Part shown: positions 54,950 to 64,000 of the stretch, piece after piece
Numbering within the stretch: the stretch's first letter is position 1
Layout of the letters: each line of letters begins with the position of its first letter
From: Epiperipatus broadwayi
Lineage: Eukaryota; Animalia; Onychophora
Assembly (NCBI GenBank): GCA_028023455.1
Contig: JAQFVV010000003.1
Location: forward strand, 3,596,001-3,660,000
Length of the DNA: 64,000 nucleotides
Direction: 5' to 3'
Notes under the pieces: generated by a model
The model's database searches: none
The model's input: only the letters and a program-made list of their open reading frames with translations
Told to the model about the DNA's origin: nothing
Translations under genes and position numbers: made by a program

Positions 54950-57510
54950 CAGTATAGAATAATGGTGGCATTAAATAGTAGCATTCGGGAATTCATGAAT
55001 AAAACCACTTCATGGAAAAATTATGCTGAACATGTGGAATGTTACATGTTCATAAAATAGACAAAGAGTGTTTAAAGGTATCTACATTTTTATGGTTTGC
55101 AGGATAAAATGTGGTATAGCTCAAATAGATTGTGACTCCAAAAGATTGGAGGAACTTCCATATCAAGAAGTGATTGAGAAAATGAATAGGTATTTCACTC
55201 CAAGAATATTATAAAATGAGTAGTATGAAGGCTGAGAAATATAAAACAATTACCTCAAGAGAAATATGTGGATTATGATTTAGCATTAGGGGTTTAGTTC
55301 GGAAATTAACGACATGTTGCTAGACTAATTTTTTTATGGCATGTTGGACTCAGATTTTACAAAAATATTATAAATGTGCTATGGGTAAATGTGTCACACA
55401 GGAAACCATGCTGGATAAAGCTTGAGAATTTGTATTGCCACAAGAGCTAGAAAAAAATCTCTCTTATAATGCATAAAGCAAAAAGTAATGCTCTGGACAC
55501 CAGTAAAGAGAAGTATGGGGAAATGGGTTATAGTTGTGATAAACCTAGTCATTTGCAAAAAGACTGCAGATACAAAAATAAGCATGTAAAAATTGTACGA
55601 AAAAAGGATATTTAATATCAGTCTGTTGTTGTAAAGAGCATAATGTTAAAAAGTAAACAAATCAGACTACAAATCTGGGAGAGGGAGAATGAAGTTTAAG
55701 CATATTAAAACAGGTCACATACTGAATGTGGTTATTTGTTGTCAAAATGTAACAATAGAGATAGGCAAAGGAACAGACCTATCATTGATATCTTATAAAG
55801 ACTGGTTAAAAATGTGCGAAAGATATAGTAAGAAATCAGCATTGGTGGATACAGATATTATTGCTACAGATATTAATGGAAATAAAATTGATATACATAG
55901 AAAAATAATAGTTTTCATAAAAGTAAATTTGAAGATAAAATTTATCATATTATATATTGTTAATAAAGATTTTAGTTCGTTACTGAGAAGGAACTGGTTT
56001 TGACTTTTAGGAATTCACATAAACATGATTAAGAGAGTTCAATTGAAAATCTTATGTGAAAAAGATATCCTTTGGCCTATTTAAGTCTGAATCAGCAGAA
56101 TTAAAAACATGGCCAGTTGATATTGAGTTGATAAAGGATGCACGACTCCTTGTCTATAAACCCCACAAGATTCTATTTACCTTGAAAGAGAAAGTTGAGA
56201 AAATACTTGATATGTAATGGTACAAAAAGGAATTTTAACACCAATGGAAGATTCATCCTAGGCTACACCTGTAATTGTTATAATGAAACCAGACAGAAAT
56301 CTGAGATTGTGTAGAGATTATCAAGATAAATCAACACTTACATTATTTATGGATGACAACTCCCTCCTCTTTTATTATGTTATGATTATGATACTATATG
56401 ATATTGGAAGTACTTAGCTTCAAATAAATTCTTGCGTATTTCAAACTCAAACCTGTTTAATCATTAAATGTTTTAACATTTGCTTTTTCATTGCATTTAA
56501 TAAATTAGTGAATATAGGTTTTTATCTCATTTTGAGTATATGCAAAGTATTAGCATCATTACAAAAAGCTTTATATTTTGCAAAGATAGACCTTAAAGCT
56601 GCATTCCACCTAATTCCTGTAATTGAAAAACGGCAGAAGTACTAATATTGACTATGCATAGGAGACTATATAAATGCAATAAATTGCATATGGAATTACC
56701 ATAGAAAATGTCTATTTAGTTGATATTCTGATCTTTGCTAAATCAGAGTTGGAGTTAGAAAAGCATGTAAATGCAGTCTACTCATAATTGGAAAAGGTAA
56801 GAACTAAGATTGAAAAATGTATCTAGTCTATTAGGGAGATATTTTAGACATATCATAAATAAAAGTGGAAGGTTTCTAATCCAGACAAGGTGCTTATAAA
56901 GAATGCTGTGAGACCAAGGAACATAAAAGAGTTAAAGGCTTTTCTAGGACAGTTAAATCTTTATGAGAGTTTTTTAAAAGGAAAGTCACATTTATTATCA
57001 TTGTTATAACAAATGTTAAGAAATAAACAATGCTGGGAATAGATTAGTGAACAAGATTTGGCTTTTAAAAAAGCTAAAGGATACACTACCATAGTGATTT
57101 TGAAGTCATAATCACAGCAGATGCATTGGAATATAGTGTTGGAGCTGTCATTTCCCATCCATGTTATGGAGGTAAACATTTGATAGATTACGCCCCACAT
57201 ATTATCAGCAGCTGAAAAATATTATAGCTAGATTGATAAAGAAGCATTAGCAGTTATTTTCACCCTAAAGGCATTTCACCTGTATACCTATAAATGAAAG
57301 TTTAAAATTGCACAAACTATCATCCGCTGATAGGAATATTTGTCACTGAAAAAGAATTCATGAACCTGTAAACCAATGCATGTTATTGGATCTATACCTT
57401 GACATGTTATGATTACAAATTAGTCTATAAGCCGGGAAGACAAATTATATAAACCTGCTAATGCACCATCAATTTTGCGCTCATCTTACTAAGCTAATGC
57501 TGACTACTAT
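54950..57510 (+). mobile_element. Degenerate Ty3/Gypsy gag-pol in intron 2 of the WD40-like gene
   Basis: EELPYQEVIEKMNRYFTP; CYSCDKPSHLQKDC plus a second knuckle; protease-like IEIGKGTDLSLIS; TPVIVIMKPD-NLRLC; KIDLKAAFH; QIDKEALAVIF. Confidence 0.85.
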
Positions 57511-57519
57511 TAAAAAAAA

Positions 57520-57744
57520 ATAATAGTTTTGAATATGAAAAATTTGAAATTGGAGAAAGTATATGGATATGTGATATTTTGAAAAGAAAATTGATGAAGA
57601 TTTTGTCTAAATTAGAAAACAAAGGAAATGAGAAAATATGTAAATCATCTACGTCCTCATTCAAATGAGACCAGTGGATGTTTATGTCAAAAATATGCCA
57701 ATGAATGAGAAAAATTCAGAGATAAAAGAAGTAGAGAAAAAAAA
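57520..57744 (+). mobile_element. RTE 3' region remnant interrupted by locus 3 (resumes 58527-58570)
   Basis: HLRPHSNE...DKRSR-KK joins YTFV...IRK-like sequence once the insert and one TSD copy are removed. Confidence 0.45.
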
Positions 57745-57843
57745 TATAAAACAATGAGGATTGCCAATTCCTCTACAAGCTTTGTGTTAAATGCTTAGCC
57801 AGAGCCAGCACTTAAAATATCTCTGTCAGGAATCCCTCCTCAA

Positions 57844-57886
57844 ACCCCTGACCATGGTTTCGTGCTTTGGCACTTCTCAGAGAGGT
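57844..57886 (-). ncRNA. Type I hammerhead motif (G8>A, likely inactive)
   Basis: ACCUCU CUGAGAA GUGC-CAAA-GCAC GAAA CC-AU-GG UC AGGGGU. Confidence 0.75.
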
Positions 57887-58323
57887 GTCAGGGTAGGTTC
57901 AGACACTAGATCTAAAAATACCAACCCAAAGCCAGCATTTAACTAAAAGTTATCTATTGAGTGGAAAATCTGAAATTTTCAGACATCTACATGTCTTCAA
58001 ACCCAGCTATCCATCTCAAATAGCTATATGGGGCTGATAGATCTTCAGCCATACCATATAGTAGTTGTCTTAGCAATATAAAAAGTGCATAAGACTTATG
58101 GCAGAGACTATAAATAGTCAAAATAAGAGTCATAGATCACATGACCCTATCTCTTAAGCTTGTAAGTTATAAAACAATGAGGATTGCCAATTCCTGTACA
58201 AGCTGCTGGGTTTGAAGACATGTAGATGTCTGAAAATTTCAGATTTTCCACTCAATACATAACTTTTAGTTAAATGCTGGCTTTGGGTTGGTATTTTTAG
58301 ATCTAGTGTTTGAACCTACCCTG

Positions 58324-58366
58324 ACACTTCTGAGGAATGCCAAAGCACGAAACCATGGTCAGGGGT
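58324..58366 (+). ncRNA. Type I hammerhead motif (G10.1>A)
   Basis: CTGAGGA 58330-36, ATGC-CAAA-GCAC, GAAA, CCATGG, TC ending 58360, AGGGG. Confidence 0.75.
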
Positions 58367-58754
58367 TTGGGGAGGGTTCCTGGCAGAGGTATTTTAAGTG
58401 TTGGCTCTGGCTAAGCATTTAACACAAAGCTTGTAGAGGAATTGACAATCCTCATTGTTTTATAACTTAGAAGCTTAAGAGATAGGGTCATGTGATCTAT
58501 GACTCTTATTTTGACTAAAAAATATATACTTTGTCAGTTGATCAGAAAAGTGACAGTGAACAAAAATAAATAAATGATCACAATAGGGTTCCTACAAATG
58601 CTGAAGAACAAATTATAACTACTTCAGTGGACAAAGAAGATTTTTTTCTAAAACTTCATGCATATGTAGATCACATGCTAAACTTAAGGTCTATATATGT
58701 CAGTGAAGGCTGTGCATATAAGTTACATATTGTAAATAAAAGATTATTTATTTA

Positions 58755-59328
58755 TAGTAAATAAAATAAAGTCATACTTCACATGACTCAATTTTATAAG
58801 CTTGTAAATAAAAATAATGAGCAGTGCCAATAGCTCTAACAAGTTTTATTGATAAATCCCGCAAGTGAAAGCATTTAAAATCTCTACCTAGAAATTATTC
58901 CCAATTCTCATGTTTTGGTAAACTTCAATGAGGTACTACAATATTTCAGCCACTAGATCTAAAAATACGAACCAAAAGCCAGCATTTATCTAAAAGTTAA
59001 TTATTAAGTAGACAATCTGAAATTTTCAGACACCTAGCTGTCTTCAAACCCAGCCATCCATTTTAAATAGCTATATGGGGCTAAGACTTCTTCAGCTAAA
59101 GCATATATTAATAGTCTTAGCAATATAAATTCACTTAAGACTTAAAAGCAAAACTAAATAGTAAATAAAGTCATACATCACGTGACTCAATTTTATAAGT
59201 TTGTAAATAAAAATAATGAGCACTAACAAGCTTTATTGATAAATGCCGCAAGAGAAAGCATTTAAAATCTCTATCTAGAAATTATCCCCAATCCTCAGAC
59301 CAGTTTAATGCTTTGGAAATCCTCAAAA
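58755..59328 (-). repeat. Locus 4: direct tandem (~404 bp period, ~1.4 units) of the hammerhead repeat family, cores decayed
   Basis: TAGTAAATAA...GTCATAC.TCAC(A/G)TGACTC at 58755 and 59159. Shares ctagatctaaaaatac...gccagcattta.ctaaaag and gtcttcaaacccagc with locus 3. Decayed core at ~59290-59325. Confidence 0.8.
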
Positions 59329-59337
59329 ATTATTTAA

Positions 59338-59969
59338 ATTTAACTATGCTAGTAAAATCTACATACATGCCTACTCAAGATTTTCATATCAAAATGAACA
59401 AAATTGTATATAAATTAATCATTTACATACAATTAAAATAACATAACCCTCTCCCCTCATCTAATAAATGATGTTACATTGGTGCTGTGCTAACTGGTTT
59501 ATTGGTAGAATATTAAAGCCAAAGAATCAACTCGACAGCAGTAAAGAAACTAATAGCTGTATTAAAGCTACTTTTATGCTAAATGGTACGTGCTATGCAA
59601 GTACACGAAAGGAACTTTGAGAGATTCTGATGTATTTGGCAAAATATATGTATGATTGGATAAAGATGTATTTAAATTTTTAAATGTACTCTTATATATT
59701 TAATTGAGTCAAGCACTTCTTGTTTAAAGAGATTATGAAATTTGAAACCCAATTGTGTATTTAATGTTATCCTTAATGATGAAATGCTAAACACTACTAG
59801 AAGGTAAACCTTAGAGACTTGGTTTATTGGAATGGAATTTTAAATTTTTTTTATTTTTTTCTACTTTATTATTATTGCTAACTAAATACCTTGTTACTAA
59901 ACTTGTATTCTTGTTTTATTAACATCTAAGCTTCCTGACTGGTAATTTAAATACCTTCAGGACATAGCA
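59338..59969 (+). mobile_element. Penelope-like element ORF remnant, copy 2
   Basis: IGRILKPKN, GKIYV, VKHFL...KFET, TTRR-TLETWFI; begins ~10 bp after locus 4. Confidence 0.55.
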
Positions 59970-61371
59970 AATTCAAAATCTGGTTTTGAAAGTCTTTTGG
60001 CATATGTGTTAGTTCATTATCACATATCCATAAAAAGGTTGAGTCCAGAGTTTGGTAATCAATGAAACTTTTTTAAACTCAGAAACAAGCTTAGGATTTT
60101 TTTTATCAGATATAAGATTCATATCAAATGCATTTATCTACTTATAGTGAGCTCTAAATGTGTGTTTAGCTGTTTTTATTTAGAAGTAAACAGTCTTAAT
60201 ATTCATTTGGATTGATCAAGTAAGTTTCAATGTACTGACTGTAAAAATAGGCAATACATTTGTGATTTAATTTGTTTTTCAATACTGGTTGATCTTTTAC
60301 TTATATTGTTGTAAATATTAAGAAAATTTATAAAAAATATATAAAATTATTGAAAAATTCAAAATAGAACAATCTGTATAGTCAGTTTGATAAAAGATAG
60401 TGTTCAGGATAAATAATGATTATATAAGCAAACTTAATTTTGCAGACTGGCAATCGAAAATTTATAAGCAAATATATTGATAGATTTGAAGTTAAATTTT
60501 AGGTGGTCTAATTGCTAAAAATGAAGTGAATGAGAAGAAAATTATAGTAGGAAATAACTGTTATCAAAACTAATTCATGTCAAGTAAAGCAAATCTACTT
60601 TAAAAAATAAGTATAATAATAATAACTTAAATAAAGGCAAATTTGGGTTCAGCATTCATGGAAGTATGATGTATTCTTTATTAGTAGTGAAAACTGAATT
60701 CTATTTAACTTATGTTTTATTTTTTTAGTCAGTGCATTAATGCTCATTTAACCAATCCAGATCAAGCTTGGGCATTTACCCTCTAGCTAAGAATAGCTAG
60801 ATACCCATTTGCCTGTATGCTAGTTAAGTTGATACTGAATTTTTTACCTGAATCAAAGATCCAAAGCATGTTTGTAATTTAAAAAATAATAATACTTTTG
60901 AAGTGTGCTTTACATATTTTGGTTCAAAAATGAAACATTGACACTTAATTATGGAAAGAATATGTCAGGAATAATAAAGAAAGAATTTAATATCTAAATT
61001 GCCATTGCTGATGTTATATTAAATATAAAAATGCTTAAATGGAAAAACTGGTGGCATAGCAAGAAGACAGAGTAAATGATGGAATTAGAGACTATCTGAA
61101 TTAATATATGAAAAGCATTTTTGGAAAAGAATAATTTGAGATGATAAAATTTATTTAATTATTATGAAAACTATTAATGGATTGATGATTATTGTGACCA
61201 TATAATTAATTTTATATAATAAGGATAATAGTATTACTTGCAATGTATATTGTAAAATACTTAAGAAATTAGAATTTGGAATAATAGCTTTTTTAGTCTA
61301 TTTTAACATAACCAGTTTTTAAATAAATATAAAATTAATTTTTCTGTCTTTTTTTTTTAATTATTTATTAG

Positions 61372-61435
61372 TTCAGTAAAGCAGATAATAAATGGAATCA
61401 TACAGAAGTATCCATAATAGATCTTAGGGAAATAG
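61372..61435 (+). CDS. WD40/beta-propeller-like protein, probable exon 3
   Basis: ttattag|TTC... in phase 0: FSKADNKWNHTEVSIIDLREI; donor GTGAGT. The gene continues beyond the window. Confidence 0.6.
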
Positions 61436-62183
61436 GTGAGTTCTTAAAAATATTTATGCATCTGTAAATACTTATATATAGAAAAATGGATAGGAATGGC
61501 AAATCTTTGAACCAAAAATTATTAATGCTATGAATCTGTATATCCATATACATAAAAAAAAATATATTTTTTATAATAAAATTATTTTTATTTTAATAAA
61601 AATAATTTAAAACTTCCCTATTAATACATTTTCTTATTAAATATTTCTAATCAATATATTTTATGTACAAATTGTTACAATTTTTTTTTTAAAAAAATTC
61701 ATCATTAGTGCTTTATTTATGCTTTTGTATTGAATGAAAAATTTTGTTTCAATTTATTACTCATTAATATTGTTACTCTTTCATTAATGCTTCCCATATG
61801 ATATTGCTCTCTTTTTAATTAAATAAAAAGTTAATAAAAATAAATGGGAAATCTAAATGAAATTTTAAATAAAGCTTTTGATTTATTATTCAAAAACTAC
61901 TATGTCTGCCAGCAGATTTCTAAATAAACTATTTTACAGTTTTAGATAGATAAATAAGATATTTTCACTGCTCGTGTGTTCTAGAAAAAATTTGTGAATA
62001 CTTTTTATTACGGTAATTACCTATCTTTATTATGATTTGTTTTAAATGTAGTTAGTTTTATTTAGATAAGAATCTTTATTAGATAAAAGCTATTTTTTTT
62101 AAATAAATTGTGAGGGAATAGAATTACTGTACAGAGCTCAAGTAAACTAAAAAAAAGAATTAGACATCTTGTGATAATTAGTT

Positions 62184-62215
<32 letters not shown>

Positions 62216-62639
62216 TGGAGATGATCAATCTAGAATTAGCAATTCAATAATGGATTGTGATATTAGTTATCTTCCCTTACAAATTGTAAATGAATTTTTA
62301 AAAGTCTTTATTATTTATAAAAAGCTTGATATGCCAACAAAATATCATATGAGTTTTTAAACTTATATTCTACATGCACTAATTCACTATTTACTTCAAA
62401 GCGTTTTTATGAGTTTGAATAAACAGTGGCTACTATATTATATTATAATGTCTACTAATTATTCAAGCTTACAATAGATGATTTATTCCTAAGGCTATAT
62501 ATATATATCTTGTCATACTTATCGGGATCTTCACATTCATATGTGACTGTTATTAAATAAATGAAGATAAATATTAAAAAAGTAGTTTACACTTTCAATG
62601 GAAGTTGAATACCATTGGATTATATTATCTTTTCATCTG

Positions 62640-63560
62640 AAGTCAAAGCATCTGAAGTTTGTTTAAATGGATTAGTTTAAAACTTGTACAATATAATAAC
62701 GTGGTAGTTTAAATTCAGAATGTAAGGTATTAATAGTAGAAAATGAAGAGAAAAACCTTGGAAAGTGTAAAAGAAAGGCATATAGAGATTGTAAAGAGAC
62801 TGTTAAGAATCAAATGGGACAAGAGGTGATGAAGATTAAATGGAATAGCTAGTTTAAAAAAAAGTAATTATGTGAATTTAAGAATCCACTAATAAAGGAA
62901 ATAACTATATGGAAAAAATGTGAAAGTGTTTGAATATGAAGAGAAATAAGTAAGAAAGAAAAGTGCAGAAAGAAGAAAGTTTGAGAATAGGAAGAACTTG
63001 GAAAAATATTTAATAAATTTGTTATAAAAACTTTCACTGAAATAGATTTGGTAAATTAATGTGATTCATTAGAGAGTTTAATTTATGAATAAATGGATAA
63101 AGTGACAAAATAATAGTTACATCGAAAAAGGGAAAAGCAAAAGGATTAGATAGCATAGCAGTTGAAATGTTACTAGGTATGAGAAGATATATAAGGCTTG
63201 GTTTAAGAAAAAGTTTTATTAAAATTATAATTAACAATAAGAATCTAGATGAATAGAAGATTATGAGAATTAGATTATTAAATCAAAAAAAGAGGAAAGA
63301 TTTTATATTGTTAACTAATTAAGACTGGTACTAATAATTATCATATTTTATACATTATTTAGTTATATTTTAATTGGATTGGATTAAGACTTGGATGGAA
63401 GAAAGTGAAATTTTGAGAGATATTCAGAATGGATTTTGTTAAAGAAGAAAATAATTTATTCATTGCATTTTTAGATATAGAATTGCTTATAATGGGGTGT
63501 ATAGAAATAGATTATTGGAGAAATCTTAAAAATATGGGAATAGACTTAAGGTTATTAAAA
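62640..63560 (+). mobile_element. Degenerate LINE (RTE-like) linker/RT remnant; a further piece at ~63890-64000
   Basis: Similar to 1-1470; IAFLDIE (FID.EKAFD-like) and GIDLRLLKII...IGLKQG. Confidence 0.5.
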
Positions 63561-64000
63561 ATAATCAAGAATAATTTTTATAAATACAAATTGGAGAATA
63601 TAGAATCAGTAATGATAAAATGTGAAATTGGATTGAAACAGGGATTTTCATTATTTATTTTCTGGGATAGGGGAATTCCTATAGTAGGAACCAGGAAAAA
63701 TAAATTAGTATGGCAATTTTTATTTATTTTTTGATGATATGGCATATTTTTCCAACAGTGTAATAGATATACAGTTATTATTAGAAATTTATTTAAACGC
63801 ACATTGATTACGTAAGTAATATTTATTAAGGCTGTAGCCTCAAGCACATACGTATAAAAATGCGATAGTAGGGACCTCTACATGTCTTATTATTAGAGAA
63901 ATATGAAAGAAGTATGAAAACTAAATTCAAATGAGGAAAAAATCAAATATAGTATTCTAACATTTGATAGGAAGAATAAACTAGAAGGTAGAATATGGGA

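Larger units (their letters stand above)
57745..58516. repeat. Locus 3: fold-back palindrome of a 423 bp hammerhead unit, flanked by 10 bp TSD
   Basis: TATAAAACAATGAGG at 57745 and 58168. Inversion at 58204/58205 (AGCT motif shared by both arms). Direct repeat AAAAAATATA at 57739-57748 and 58517-58526. Confidence 0.88.

Overview
Very AT-rich, CpG-depleted eukaryotic DNA, most likely insect (hemipteran-like; this is inference), dominated by decayed retroelements. It carries several RTE-clade LINE remnants, three Ty3/Gypsy remnants, a Tigger/pogo-like deletion derivative, two Penelope-like (PLE) ORF remnants and small hairpin/MITE-like repeats. Three in-frame exons of a plus-strand WD40-like gene are supported (51202-61435, continuing past the window). 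A speculative minus-strand microexon gene with a signal peptide spans 10030-23094. Most entries in the ORF track are TE fragments or chance ORFs. The main signal is a family of ~405-435 bp non-coding repeat units carrying a type I hammerhead ribozyme with a palindromic stem III (retrozyme / PLE pseudo-LTR-like), present at four diverged loci (3.7-5.4, 40.3-41.2, 57.7-58.5 and 58.8-59.3 kb). Three loci are tandem arrays folded back into head-to-head palindromes. Two of those have 10-11 bp target-site duplications, and one outer end maps to about the same unit position in all four loci. A near full-length RTE also looks 5'-inverted with a TSD. Together these suggest twin-primed reverse transcription of multimeric or circular ribozyme RNAs.
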